From a virus (taxonomy: Duplodnaviria; Caudoviricetes), in the IMG/VR virus record IMGVR_UViG_3300033121_000493, positions 138,583 through 202,582 of that record: a DNA stretch of 64,000 nucleotides. One strand, given 5' to 3'. The position numbers and the translations under genes were made by a program. Positions 39,838 through 50,452 of the stretch are shown here, piece by piece. The notes below the pieces were generated by a model. The model was not told the DNA's origin and searched no databases. It saw only the letters and a program-made list of their open reading frames with translations. Each line of letters opens with the position of its first letter. The first letter of the stretch is position 1.

Positions 39838-41277
39838 TTACTGAATAACGTTAAGTGATATTCTCTTAGGCAGCGAGGCCAAGTAGTCGGTCAAAGTGGT
39901 ATTATAGCTACGGTCTGCTCTTACTAGCCTAGCCCAGTCAGACACTTCGGCGTTAAGGTCTACATGTCGAGCCAGCGCATGGTCGCTTGTTGTGCTACCG
40001 CAGCATGTTGGATATAGTTTATTTACATCACGTAGCCAAATTCTATCACTTTCGACGGCCCATATGTACAATTCCTCTTTTATCACGCGGTCAAAGCCTA
40101 CGCTAAACTTCCAATCTAGTGGTTGATCCCAGTTTAACATATTACACGCGTCAGCCACAGTTGTCGGAGGCGTAAATCCTGTTATGTTAAACCAGTCGTC
40201 TATAGTCACGGCTATATTCCACCGATTAGTTCGCATCGCAGGTCTAAGTATCACAAGCAGCGGATTACTTTGCTGCTGCTCGTCGGTCATTTTACTAATG
40301 GTGCTTACCTCGAAGCGCCGTACGTTTTTGTATCTGCGCAGTCCAATTGTCTTGCAGTCGTAATTTTTGGTATTTATACCCGTAACTTTTTTAATCTGTT
40401 TATCGTCTAGTGTTACATTATAACTGCCTAAAATAAACAGCAGTACCGGATCGATCTCTGGTACACGTATATGTTCATCTTTGATCGGCCCTGCACAATA
40501 GTCGGGTGTCTGCCGACAACTTGTTACTTTTGTGACTTTATCGCAAAACATACAGTTGCTGCACAGCATTTTCTTTAGTCGTTTTGTATTGGTAGCGTTG
40601 CTGGCGTTTACTTTTTTATTAGCTAGATTTTGAGCTATTGCGTCGTCGTCCATACTCAAGTTTATGAACGCTTTAGGCTCAAACGGCGCTACGTTAATAG
40701 CGTGTTTATTGTCTACAAAATTATCACCAAAGAATGCTTTGTAGTTAGGCTGCTTTTGCATCCGTAGGTCTGTAGCATCTGGCATCCCGGTGCACGCTAC
40801 TGTTGCATCATTGCGCCGATTTATTTCGGTAATTCCAAACTTACAATTACCCGCAATATTATCGAACATACCAGGACAAGCCGAGCACCAATGATCTGTT
40901 GCATTACTTTTGCTATCTATAACCAGCGCAATTTGCCGCGTGATATTTTTTATGCCATATCCCCAATATTGCTCACGAAGTCGTAGCAAAAATTTTGTCA
41001 TAAACAGCGGCGCGGCTACTAATAGATATCTAGGCTTTGAATCGTTCCATTTTTCAAACCGTAACGTTATTACTATAGCGTTTTCCAGTAGGCTAAACGG
41101 ATACTGAAATAAGCTGTCGTTATACGCTATAGCGCCAGCAAAGCTATATGCGTTTAAGTCAATGCCGGTGTAATTTTCCTCGCCGCGATTGTTTACATAC
41201 CCTGTTACAGGACATCTTGATTCGACTACTGCCTTTGTAACTGGCAGCGTCGTCCAACGTGGAGAATTTGCATTCAT
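39838..41277 (-). CDS. Cys-cluster hypothetical protein
   Basis: CSAC...C, CSNCMFC...C...C. Confidence 0.55.
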   Translation of the reverse strand: MNANSPRWTTLPVTKAVVESRCPVTGYVNNRGEENYTGIDLNAYSFAGAIAYNDSLFQYPFSLLENAIVITLRFEKWNDSKPRYLLVAAPLFMTKFLLRLREQYWGYGIKNITRQIALVIDSKSNATDHWCSACPGMFDNIAGNCKFGITEINRRNDATVACTGMPDATDLRMQKQPNYKAFFGDNFVDNKHAINVAPFEPKAFINLSMDDDAIAQNLANKKVNASNATNTKRLKKMLCSNCMFCDKVTKVTSCRQTPDYCAGPIKDEHIRVPEIDPVLLFILGSYNVTLDDKQIKKVTGINTKNYDCKTIGLRRYKNVRRFEVSTISKMTDEQQQSNPLLVILRPAMRTNRWNIAVTIDDWFNITGFTPPTTVADACNMLNWDQPLDWKFSVGFDRVIKEELYIWAVESDRIWLRDVNKLYPTCCGSTTSDHALARHVDLNAEVSDWARLVRADRSYNTTLTDYLASLPKRISLNVIQ

Positions 41278-41399
41278 CGTTTTCTTTTATACCGTTTTAC
41301 GAACACAGATTTTACGTGTGTTCTAGGTCTGCTTCTGTAATGTTGATTTACAGGTTGTCTAAACCAGCTGTCCAACAATTCAAATAACCAATTAAGCAT
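41274..41399 (-). CDS. 41-aa basic peptide (below ORF-track cutoff)
   Basis: MLNWLFELLDSWFRQ...KRYKRKR; ATGA overlap with the next gene; fills the gap. Confidence 0.5.
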   Translation of the reverse strand: MLNWLFELLDSWFRQPVNQHYRSRPRTHVKSVFVKRYKRKR

Positions 41400-41414
41400 A
41401 CGAAACCTACATTA

Positions 41415-42782
41415 TTAGTCTTCTACATCGACTACCGCTACGTCTCCCCAGCTAGCTACACGTGCTTTAAAATCGTTGGCGTTCATGCCAGTTGATGTTA
41501 ACAGCCATAGAACAGGAAAACTTGGTGGATTAGCCGGAGCCGTACCGTAACCGTCGGTAAAATACACCATCATACTAGGCCAAGGCCGCATGTTCTCTGC
41601 GGCTTCAAACGCAGGAATAAAGCTAGTACCCCCGCGCCCAAAGAAATTATTCAGCTTAGAGAAGGCTTTAAACTCTACTGGATCGTGTGCCACGCTGGCG
41701 TCAACTTGCATAATCATGACAGTAGCGCCATTATTTGTCATGTACTTAGCTTCAGCTTCCACGCAGCGCAATTCTTTTGCGCCCATGCTGCCAGACGTGT
41801 CTACTACCAGTAGTACTGTAGTTTGATTTTTTCTTACAAGGTCGCCCTTATAGAAGTTATATTTTTCTCCACCTGGAACTTTGATAGGTGGACGGCGTGC
41901 AGGACGCGTGGGATTTTTTTCGCGCCTACGCGACTTAGCTTTAGCGAATGCCCCACGTAATATTCTAGTCCATTTAACTTTAGGCGGGCGATTTAACGAC
42001 TCAATGAACTCACTCGCCTCGCTCGGCATGTTGCCTTGCGTCTTGAGCGATTGCCCCATGTTGTTGAGTTTTTCTTCAACTTGCTGTACGAGTTGTTTAG
42101 TTTGCTGGTCTAACTTATCGGCAGTGTTATCATTTAACCCCGCAACTTCATCCATCCGCGCAATGCCGCGATTGTCTTGGACTTCTTGCACGTCAGGATT
42201 AGGTTTAGGATTAGGCTTTGGGTGGTTGCCGTCTTGCTCGCCAGCTTCCTCCAGCATTTTGCAGTAAACGTCAGTCGTTTTACCGCGAGGAAATCCAAAC
42301 AATTCTGGTACCGGCAAGACTATGCCGTTATCTAGTAACTCGGTAACTACCAAGCTCTGACTGATAACTATTTGACCGGCGAGCGCCGCTATCTCTTTAC
42401 CGTAGCGCGCTACAAGTTTTTGCATTCTACCGCTGCAATGCCCCAGCGGAATCTTAAACATGAAGAATTTGATAATCTCAGCCTGGCAAGCCTTATTTAA
42501 CTTTAGAAACACTTTAAAGTTCAGCAAAACTTCAAATCTGCCGTCGGTCAATGGCCGCATAACACCAAAGACTTTTGGCTCTTCTCCGTTTTGCTTTGTT
42601 AATTTCCTAAATGTTACAAACTGCGCAAACGTAGCCATACCAACCTGCTTGTGTTGGATTAGCCACAGTCTGGCACCGTTCAATTGTACTACTTCGTCTG
42701 AACCAACTACTAGCGGCTCAGACTCGTACGTACTATCGTTGTTAGCTTTTAGATACAATTCTAGTTGTTCGTAACTGTCCAT
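41415..42782 (-). CDS. VWA-domain protein (DUF2201-like) with degenerate N-terminal metallopeptidase
   Basis: VDTSGSM MIDAS, GRGGTSF, YFTDGYG, PVLW. Confidence 0.85.
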   Translation of the reverse strand: MDSYEQLELYLKANNDSTYESEPLVVGSDEVVQLNGARLWLIQHKQVGMATFAQFVTFRKLTKQNGEEPKVFGVMRPLTDGRFEVLLNFKVFLKLNKACQAEIIKFFMFKIPLGHCSGRMQKLVARYGKEIAALAGQIVISQSLVVTELLDNGIVLPVPELFGFPRGKTTDVYCKMLEEAGEQDGNHPKPNPKPNPDVQEVQDNRGIARMDEVAGLNDNTADKLDQQTKQLVQQVEEKLNNMGQSLKTQGNMPSEASEFIESLNRPPKVKWTRILRGAFAKAKSRRREKNPTRPARRPPIKVPGGEKYNFYKGDLVRKNQTTVLLVVDTSGSMGAKELRCVEAEAKYMTNNGATVMIMQVDASVAHDPVEFKAFSKLNNFFGRGGTSFIPAFEAAENMRPWPSMMVYFTDGYGTAPANPPSFPVLWLLTSTGMNANDFKARVASWGDVAVVDVED

Positions 42783-42791
42783 GTGGTGTGT

Positions 42792-44048
42792 TTACTTCGT
42801 GGGTCGGCCGACTCCGGCGGCAGCATTCATTACACGCGTAACGATTGGCTTGACGTCACTCTTCATGGCTTCAGAGAAGATCAAATCTTTACTGCGGTTA
42901 TTCTTAAAGGCAGACGAACAGATCATGAAAACAAGATCGTCCATACCGCTCATCTTTTCAATGACACTAAGGAGATTACGCACAGCCTTAGCGTCAAACG
43001 TATTGTTAGAGTCGCCCATGAACTGCGCGATATCGTGGCCGGTGGCGGCAATCAAACTGGCACGATTGCCATTGCGCATCCACTGCTCAACAATACGTAC
43101 GTGATCCTTGTGATGCGCTTCGTCTGCTGCTGCAATATTCTTTGCAAGGATCGGATACTCGGCTGGGTTGTCGCCGATTCGCAAAAACGTACCGAATGCA
43201 GCTGCGGTTTCGGTAGGGAGCTCCAGGCTGAGGAAATTGACAAACTGATCAATTGTCAGATTCCGCAACGCCTCCCAGCGAGCAACGTACTGTCCCAGCT
43301 GCTCCCACTTACGGGCAGAGACCGCACCCATGAGGCCGGTATTCATCAGCAAAAACTTAGTAAGAGTATCAGGAATTTTATTGGTGCTTTGCAGGTGATA
43401 GATGATCTCTTCTGACGTCGGCGAATAATACACCACAGTGAATCGATCGCGAACGCGAAGATCCAGCTGCATGTTCAGATGGTAGTCAACTTCGTCGGGG
43501 TTGGTAGCGGCGACCCAGTACCAGCCAGCTTTCACAAGGTGACCGTAGTACCCAGTCTTGTAGCCAGCCGTCAGAAGGGACGCAATACGGTTCTGATCCA
43601 TGTGGCTGCCGGTGCCAGCCTCGTCGATGAACGCAATGCCGCGTCCATTCTTAGGCGGACTGATTGGCAAATGCTTTGGCAGTGTGAACTGATGGTGGCC
43701 TGTGTCGTCGTACACAAAGCCGTCTTTGTCAGTCTTCAGCGCGCCGGTACTATCAAGATCGTTGGCTTCGCCCATCATGACACGACGGAAATCCATGTTG
43801 TTACGGTTAGCAAAATCGGCAACGAGTTGCGATTTGCCGCCGCCTTTGGGGCCGACAATCAGCAAACCCCAAGACGTCGTACAGTTATCGTCCCACGGAT
43901 CGTTGAAGTTGCTGCCTTTGACTTTTGGCATACAGTGCAGTTCAAGCACTGCCGTCAGCTCGTTGGCAGACAACGGCCGCTGTGCGGCCAAAGCTTCAGA
44001 ATCAAGAACAGCAGATCCAGCGGCGCTCTTTTGGGCTTTCTTACTCAT
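42792..44048 (-). CDS. MoxR-type AAA+ ATPase
   Basis: GPKGGGKS, FIDE, AATNP, LDxRVRDRF, SARKWE; partner of the VWA gene. Confidence 0.9.
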   Translation of the reverse strand: MSKKAQKSAAGSAVLDSEALAAQRPLSANELTAVLELHCMPKVKGSNFNDPWDDNCTTSWGLLIVGPKGGGKSQLVADFANRNNMDFRRVMMGEANDLDSTGALKTDKDGFVYDDTGHHQFTLPKHLPISPPKNGRGIAFIDEAGTGSHMDQNRIASLLTAGYKTGYYGHLVKAGWYWVAATNPDEVDYHLNMQLDLRVRDRFTVVYYSPTSEEIIYHLQSTNKIPDTLTKFLLMNTGLMGAVSARKWEQLGQYVARWEALRNLTIDQFVNFLSLELPTETAAAFGTFLRIGDNPAEYPILAKNIAAADEAHHKDHVRIVEQWMRNGNRASLIAATGHDIAQFMGDSNNTFDAKAVRNLLSVIEKMSGMDDLVFMICSSAFKNNRSKDLIFSEAMKSDVKPIVTRVMNAAAGVGRPTK

Positions 44049-44080
44049 GTACGCTCATGTTCCTTGACTGGTGCCCAGAC

Positions 44081-44114
44081 AATGAAACATGGCGTACGCA
44101 CGCCACGTTTCATT
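44081..44114 (-). promoter_or_regulatory. 15-bp stem-loop between the DUF1360-like gene and the AAA+ gene
   Basis: aatgaaac-a-tggcgt / acgcca-c-gtttcatt; the mismatch is a G-U pair on the minus strand; no U-tract. Confidence 0.6.
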
Positions 44115-44469
44115 TATCCGGGTCTAATTCTTCTACTACAAGGCCGTCTCTAGACGGCGTACGACTGTACGGCTTGGTTATATCGTTAAGTAGATTTGCG
44201 CATCTCACACTAGCCAGCCAAAATATCAGCACATTGAACGGATTAACGATATATCCGTAACTGTGTGCGGCTAGATTAAAAAGCGCGCAGATTGTGATGA
44301 CAAAGGCGGCGGTATGACTAAAACAAAAACCACAATTAATCCACTCTGAGAACATTGCGCCCTGGGCTTCTATTTTAGCGCGTATGCCGCTAAATATACT
44401 TCCATGACGAAACGTTTCAGCTAGTTGGCAAGTGGCTAAGCTACTCAGAACAAATAACCAAACATCCAC
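44110..44469 (-). CDS. DUF1360-like membrane protein
   Basis: LATCQLA...IFSGIR...INCGFCFS plus TM helices. Confidence 0.7.
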   Translation of the reverse strand: MDVWLFVLSSLATCQLAETFRHGSIFSGIRAKIEAQGAMFSEWINCGFCFSHTAAFVITICALFNLAAHSYGYIVNPFNVLIFWLASVRCANLLNDITKPYSRTPSRDGLVVEELDPDK

Positions 44470-44898
44470 GACTATCTCCTACCTATACAGTACCAAAAAT
44501 TTACAGCCGCATCGGCCAAAAGAAGGCCAGCGTACAACTTATAGTTTAAAACAAACAAAGCCAGATTTACAACAGCCATACCTATCAGAAGGAAATGTAA
44601 TCTTACAAGAAACAAGTGGTTGTCCTTTATTCACCTATAAAATTAGATTCTACGCCTTTTTGACTCGGAGACGGGTTGGTCCAATTTTCTTGGACCATTT
44701 CACCAGCTGGTGTGTCTGCGATAGGCTCTGAGTGGAGTTTATGTGTACCGCTTTGATAAGTGTCTGCGGATTTCTTAATGTGCCGTAATGTTTTATGTCG
44801 CTTTAAAAACCTGTCTGGTGACATTACTATACTCCTATATTATACGTAATCGTAGCTTATTTAGTATACTCCTATGCTTCTACTTTAGCGAGTTTTAT

Positions 44899-46908
44899 GT
44901 GATTAAGGGCAAAAACAAACAGGAACCGCAATCCACAGACTTTAATGTTGCCGAACTAAAGTCTATCGCAGACGGATTCCAGGCTTACCTGACTGATAAA
45001 CGTCAGAACGATAATACCGCTAATACGAAAACAGACCAGGATATAGCGCAACTAGATGCTGATATAATACAACGTGAACTTAATCTAGACGTAGTTGACG
45101 TGATGGACAACTACGCTAAGTTGTTTTCTCAAACGTCCAAAGATTCAGTAGTTAGCGCCCTACCTATCCTTCTGCGGTTACGCGGTAAGCCGTACTCACT
45201 TAGCGACCATTATCCGATGGAACCGCTATTTAAAACACAACAACCAGTTCAATTTTTGTTGAAAAGCGGCCGTCAGGTATCAAAGTCTACGTGTCTGAGC
45301 GCAGCTGGAGTTATCCAAAGCAGCGCAAATCCGTTTTTTAACTCGTTATTTGTTACGCCCTTATTTGAACAATGCCGTCGGTTCTCATCTAACTACGTAC
45401 GCCCGTTTATTACAGATAGCCCAATCTACGAGCATCTAGTTGACTACAACTGCGAACAAAACGTGTTACAGCGTACGTTTAAAAACCGAGCAACAATGTT
45501 CTTTCAATACTGCTTGAAAGACGCAGATAGAGTGCGCGGTATTGCAGCGGATTGTGTAACGTTAGATGAAGTTCAAGATATTGACTGGGATTTAGTGCCT
45601 ATTGTGCTTGAAACTATGTCTGCTTCAAAGTGGTCATTGTTTCGCGCAGCTGGCACGCCGAAAACCCTAGACAACACAATTGAACGACTATGGGAAAAAT
45701 CGTCTCAAGGAGAGTGGGTTACACGGTGTACCGCCTGTAACCATTTTAATATTGCATGTGTTAGTCAAGATCTTTTGAAAATGATCGGCAAGGAGACCAT
45801 TGTCTGCGCTAAATGTGCACGGCCGATAAACCCAAGGCCAGCCGCGCATCCTTCTCCAGAACTACGTGGAACTGGATTCTGGCTGCACACTTACCCAGAC
45901 AAAGCAACTGAATTCCCAGGTTATCATACGCCTCAAGTAATTTTTCCTATGCACTTTGCAAATGCATACAAGTGGAAATTACTTCGAGAAAAGATGGATA
46001 CGACAAAAACGCCTCATAACGTTTTTGTAAACGAAGTACTCGGCGAATCGTCCGACGTTGGCGCTAAGCTGATATCACAAACAGATCTTGTTGAGGCGTC
46101 TAAAATATACGGTAAGGCTAATAAGTATGCCGAAATGTTAATAGCAAAAAACGCATATGTTGATGTCGCTATAGGTGTAGACTGGGGCGGATCAACTGCA
46201 CCATACGGTAGAGATAGGGCTACTCGTTTAACTAATTCTGACTCGCAGTCGTACACTGCTATAGCTGTCGTAGGTCTACGTGCCACAGGTAAAGTCGACG
46301 TGCTGTACGTCACTCGACTTGACCTGAACAACGATCACCACGAAGAAGCCAGCGCCTGTATCAGAGCCTGGACAGACGTTGACGCTAATAAAAGTAAAAC
46401 GTTGTTCTGTCACGATTATGGTGGAGCAGGCAGCATCCGTGAAACTTTAATGGTGCAGTACGGGCTGCCTGTTAAGAACATAATGGGTTGTTGTTATGTT
46501 AGCGCGCCGCAATCAAAAATGCTTGAATCTAGAGCGGAAGGCGGACGCGTATACTGGTCACTAGACAAGGCGAGATCTCTGACGCTGTTATGCCATGCAA
46601 TCAAAGCTGGCTTTGTCGGATTACCGGAGTGGGAATCATCCAAGCGGTTTACTACTGATTTTTTGGCTCTGATTGAAGACTATATTGAGCGTCCTGGCGC
46701 AGCTAACATTTTACGAGTTATACGCAAGCCTGGAGCTCCAGACGATATCGCGCACGCGATCAACTTTGCTACAGTTGGCTTGTGGCATCGTCACGGCTAT
46801 CCAAACTTTAAAAACATAAGAGCAGCTGAATTAGCGCTAGACAAAATTAGCGCTTCAGCTGCTCTGGTGGAAGAGGACGCGTTGTACTTAGACTCAATAG
46901 CCGATTAG
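44899..46908 (+). CDS. Terminase large subunit (gpA-like)
   Basis: GRQVSKST Walker A, DRVRG, LDEVQD Walker B, GTPKT, CxxC...CxxC, NEVLGE, nuclease GVDWG; GTG start chosen at 44899. Confidence 0.88.
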   Translation: MIKGKNKQEPQSTDFNVAELKSIADGFQAYLTDKRQNDNTANTKTDQDIAQLDADIIQRELNLDVVDVMDNYAKLFSQTSKDSVVSALPILLRLRGKPYSLSDHYPMEPLFKTQQPVQFLLKSGRQVSKSTCLSAAGVIQSSANPFFNSLFVTPLFEQCRRFSSNYVRPFITDSPIYEHLVDYNCEQNVLQRTFKNRATMFFQYCLKDADRVRGIAADCVTLDEVQDIDWDLVPIVLETMSASKWSLFRAAGTPKTLDNTIERLWEKSSQGEWVTRCTACNHFNIACVSQDLLKMIGKETIVCAKCARPINPRPAAHPSPELRGTGFWLHTYPDKATEFPGYHTPQVIFPMHFANAYKWKLLREKMDTTKTPHNVFVNEVLGESSDVGAKLISQTDLVEASKIYGKANKYAEMLIAKNAYVDVAIGVDWGGSTAPYGRDRATRLTNSDSQSYTAIAVVGLRATGKVDVLYVTRLDLNNDHHEEASACIRAWTDVDANKSKTLFCHDYGGAGSIRETLMVQYGLPVKNIMGCCYVSAPQSKMLESRAEGGRVYWSLDKARSLTLLCHAIKAGFVGLPEWESSKRFTTDFLALIEDYIERPGAANILRVIRKPGAPDDIAHAINFATVGLWHRHGYPNFKNIRAAELALDKISASAALVEEDALYLDSIAD

Positions 46909-47438
46909 TTGCCAGTAGCTTTTAGCACGGCTTGTGCTTCTTTAACTTTAGCTCGTTCGTTTGCGTCAGCAAAGTCCTGTACTATTACAGTAAATGGATT
47001 TTGCTGCTCCCAGACAAACCGCATAGTCACACGAAATAGCTCTTGCGTTCTTTCGTGCTGCGTACGCGACAAGAAAGTGATCTTGTCTATTTTTGTAGCG
47101 AGCGTCGGAATAACGCCATTATTCTCGTCCGTTACGCTTGCCATCTGAGCCTTGGCTTTGTTGATTTTAACCATAATAGCGTCGCGCTCGTCTGGCGTAG
47201 TAGCAATTTGGTATTGCCGCTCCAGTCCTGGTATTTGCGCGAACGCCTCTACAGCGCTATCAAGTTTCGCTGCGCCAAGATTAACAGCGTCTTGTATAGC
47301 CATTGTTTCTAGATCTTTAACAATATCTCGATCATTAGCGAGGGCTTTGTTACCTGAGTCAGCAGCAATTTTCAGGTGCTGCGAGCAGCCGGTTAACATA
47401 AGCAACGTGATGGCAACTGATATAAGCCGCATTGGCAC
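46905..47438 (-). CDS. Lipoprotein
   Basis: Signal peptide with lipobox LTGC. Confidence 0.7.
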   Translation of the reverse strand: MPMRLISVAITLLMLTGCSQHLKIAADSGNKALANDRDIVKDLETMAIQDAVNLGAAKLDSAVEAFAQIPGLERQYQIATTPDERDAIMVKINKAKAQMASVTDENNGVIPTLATKIDKITFLSRTQHERTQELFRVTMRFVWEQQNPFTVIVQDFADANERAKVKEAQAVLKATGN

Positions 47439-47441
47439 TCC

Positions 47442-47732
47442 TTAAGCGTGCATAGACCCAATAATTAAACCTTTAACAAATTCGATAAACTTATCCATAA
47501 CAACAGAATCGGCTTCCATTTTAGTAATGGCATCCAGATCTTCGGCCGAGATACCACTTGTGTGAAGCGGGTGGTCTTCTCCGACAGCCCACTTACGCGG
47601 GCCATCTGTTGGCGCGTTGTTAGGGAGGGCTTTACCAGCCGCATACTCGCGGACAACACTGGCGAGATGCGCAAGTGCCGTTTGGCTGGTCTTAACAAAC
47701 TCAAAAAAATCAGGCTTCAAATTTGCGCTCAC
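47442..47732 (-). CDS. Hypothetical protein
   Basis: GGAG RBS; hydrophobic C-terminus. Confidence 0.55.
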   Translation of the reverse strand: MSANLKPDFFEFVKTSQTALAHLASVVREYAAGKALPNNAPTDGPRKWAVGEDHPLHTSGISAEDLDAITKMEADSVVMDKFIEFVKGLIIGSMHA

Positions 47733-47734
47733 TG

Positions 47735-50452
47735 TTATTTCTCCAGTTGTGTAACCGTCCTATTCCAAAACTTACCGCTAATAACCCAAACACTGTTACT
47801 TTCGCCCGTCTCGCCTTCAAGTATACCCTCGTTAGCGAGATTACTTGTAATAGCCAAAGTATCTATCTCTGGCGCATTAAGTCTTTTACACGTTGTGAGT
47901 AACTTGCGCTTAGAGACGTATACTCGACTATCGTCTTCTGTAAGAATTATCGTATGCGTAGTCGTTATTGTATCCAGGTTATTACTTCGTTTACTTGCTA
48001 AATACCCCGCTTTTAGCATCTGATAAAGCATCACGACAAACCGTTTACCAGGTGACATAACGGAGTAGTCTGTGATTATACTGTTAACATAGTCAAATAG
48101 CTTAGTGCAATCTCTGCCAACTGTATCGGTAATCCACGTATGTACAGCGCCGATAACTGAGCTCACACTGTCTGTTGCAGTTAAATTGATTTTGGTCTGT
48201 TTCTGATACCAGGCCAAAAAGTTTAACACTATATCTACAACAGAAGTTTGTCGCTGTAGAGCTCCAGTATCAGATTTTGTGTTTATTAAAATCCACTCTC
48301 CGCTATTTGTTGCAACGCCTATTTGTGCTGGCTGAATTGGCATAATTACATTCTTACTTACACCTGCCAGCACCCACGCGGATGAATTTACGGTGTTTTC
48401 GGTCACGTAGACTGGAAGATCATGGCTAAATTGTTCTACTTCAAACTTGTTTACGTCATCAAGTATGTCACTTGTTTTTTTACAAATAAGCTCAAAGTCA
48501 CTGTAGATTCTTGCAGCTACACGTTCTGCTAGCGGTCCCAGCACGCCTATTCCTTTTTTAGTACATCCTCGAATAGGCGCTAGAATATTATCAATGAGAG
48601 CTATTAGTACCGCCCATACAGTTCCGTTTGCTTCTGAAAAATCCAGCCAATCATTAATATCAAACTCAGGATTACGACTGACGTTGACGCACGGCATTTT
48701 CTTGTTACTAATTAAGCTAGTTTTAGTCGCCAAGATCTCGCCATTCCTAATGCTGCAGTTAGGCATGACAAACTCTAATTGGTCCTTGCTCCACCCTACT
48801 TTACTGATACCTGGGTATGTCTTACTGACCGACGAAAATCTGAATATGATGTCCCATAGGCGACTTTCGTAAAATCTGGACACAAACGGCGTACCACCGC
48901 CAGCCTTTTCAATGACTTTGATTATTGTGTCCACTGCAGAATGTTTTAGCTGGTACGATGTAGCTGAAAACGGGTACCGTTTACCTTTGTAAATGGCTGT
49001 ACCGCTGTACACAGTCGTATCTACGTCTTCGTCTATTGCACCGCTGTCAATGTGTACTACAACATCAGATATTCGCTCTTCATTAGTCCCCTTTTTAAAG
49101 GACCAATAGCACTCTTCATTACTGACGCGCTGGATAACTGTTGAGCCGAACATGTGACACGTTACAGCGTCGTTTACTTTGTTTAGTCTGTCATGCATCA
49201 ATTGCTTAATGTTTGTGTCGGCAGCTCTGTCTAATATTCTAGCCAAACTTTCAGGCTGTAAATTCAGCGTACTCATTATTCCGTTTAGCTCTTCATTAGA
49301 CGCTTTAAACAAGAAATCTAGCGCTACAGCGTACGGGTCTTTAGCCCCATAACTGAACTGAGCAATACGCTGCTTAGACGGCATCTGTACGTCAATGATT
49401 GCTTTGAATTTTTGAAATGTAGCCGGGTGTTCTATAGACCCATCCACGTACGCGATATCAAACACAGGTTTTTCTATAGTAGCAATACTAGTCTTACACC
49501 TAGCATTTAGCGCTTGTTTTAATAGGCCTGGTGTTACCTTATAACTCCAAAACACAATCTCTTGTATGCCAAGTTGCTCCCAGACGCTACAATCAGTGTT
49601 ATCGTTCCATACCACTACAGGAGCCGCATCACGTGTTTCAAAGAAATTCTTATGGTGTAGCCACAGCGCTAAAAACGGGCTACTAACCGCCAGTACTTTT
49701 TTAGGTTCTGGCTTTAAAGCGTCAATAAACATTATGCCGGTACTACTAGAGCTACTTGTTTCTGGTCTCCATGTTTGAAATTGGTTTTTCCATCCCATAA
49801 GAAACAGCGAATCTATTTTTCCAGGGCGTTTACACCAAGGTAGAGCAATACATGTGCTAAACGCGTCTTGTCGCAGCCCTGGAGCTATATTGTTGTTTAA
49901 TTTAGTTTGTATGGCTTTTCTAGTTGTAAAATGTAGCCATTGGCTTTCTTTAGCGTTTACGTCACTGGCGCTTTCTGCTATTTTTATGTTTATACCGGTA
50001 TGCTGTGATAGCATAGCGTGGCTGTCGCGATCCCGTATCCAGTCAGCATTAGATTCAGCTGCCCACGCTCTAAAGTTGGCATTTGGCATGCTGTACCAGT
50101 ACGTATACGAGCTCAGCGCGTCCGCTGTCGTGTATTCTTTTGGAATAAATATCTCAGGATTTGAGCACAGCATGTCAAAAACTGCGCGTAAATCCTTAAA
50201 CTTGTCAGTGGCGGCAAGTAACTCAATAGTATCAAACCCACGTTTACAGTTATAGCAGTACCAGTATAGCCCGCCGTCTGGATGGTCCATTACGCGCATA
50301 GTCCATGTAGCGTTATTTGCTTTACAATCTTTGATTCCGCATAATGGACAGGGTACTATTCCAGGTATTGATCTTACAGGAACTGATTGGCCAAACAGGA
50401 TGCGTACTATTGGTCCGTAAGATATAAACGAGTTGATGGATGGTCCACGCAT
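47735..50452 (-). CDS. Large protein with primase-type zinc finger; degenerate primase/helicase-like
   Basis: CPLC...WYCYNCKRGFDTIEL; later KVGW...FVMP (DUF927-like); no intact Walker A or TOPRIM acidic motifs seen. Confidence 0.5.
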   Translation of the reverse strand: MRGPSINSFISYGPIVRILFGQSVPVRSIPGIVPCPLCGIKDCKANNATWTMRVMDHPDGGLYWYCYNCKRGFDTIELLAATDKFKDLRAVFDMLCSNPEIFIPKEYTTADALSSYTYWYSMPNANFRAWAAESNADWIRDRDSHAMLSQHTGINIKIAESASDVNAKESQWLHFTTRKAIQTKLNNNIAPGLRQDAFSTCIALPWCKRPGKIDSLFLMGWKNQFQTWRPETSSSSSTGIMFIDALKPEPKKVLAVSSPFLALWLHHKNFFETRDAAPVVVWNDNTDCSVWEQLGIQEIVFWSYKVTPGLLKQALNARCKTSIATIEKPVFDIAYVDGSIEHPATFQKFKAIIDVQMPSKQRIAQFSYGAKDPYAVALDFLFKASNEELNGIMSTLNLQPESLARILDRAADTNIKQLMHDRLNKVNDAVTCHMFGSTVIQRVSNEECYWSFKKGTNEERISDVVVHIDSGAIDEDVDTTVYSGTAIYKGKRYPFSATSYQLKHSAVDTIIKVIEKAGGGTPFVSRFYESRLWDIIFRFSSVSKTYPGISKVGWSKDQLEFVMPNCSIRNGEILATKTSLISNKKMPCVNVSRNPEFDINDWLDFSEANGTVWAVLIALIDNILAPIRGCTKKGIGVLGPLAERVAARIYSDFELICKKTSDILDDVNKFEVEQFSHDLPVYVTENTVNSSAWVLAGVSKNVIMPIQPAQIGVATNSGEWILINTKSDTGALQRQTSVVDIVLNFLAWYQKQTKINLTATDSVSSVIGAVHTWITDTVGRDCTKLFDYVNSIITDYSVMSPGKRFVVMLYQMLKAGYLASKRSNNLDTITTTHTIILTEDDSRVYVSKRKLLTTCKRLNAPEIDTLAITSNLANEGILEGETGESNSVWVISGKFWNRTVTQLEK

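Noticed and set aside
42765-44153. Long + strand ORFs (216 and 224 aa)
   Set aside because: Antisense shadows of the codon-biased MoxR gene; no recognisable motifs
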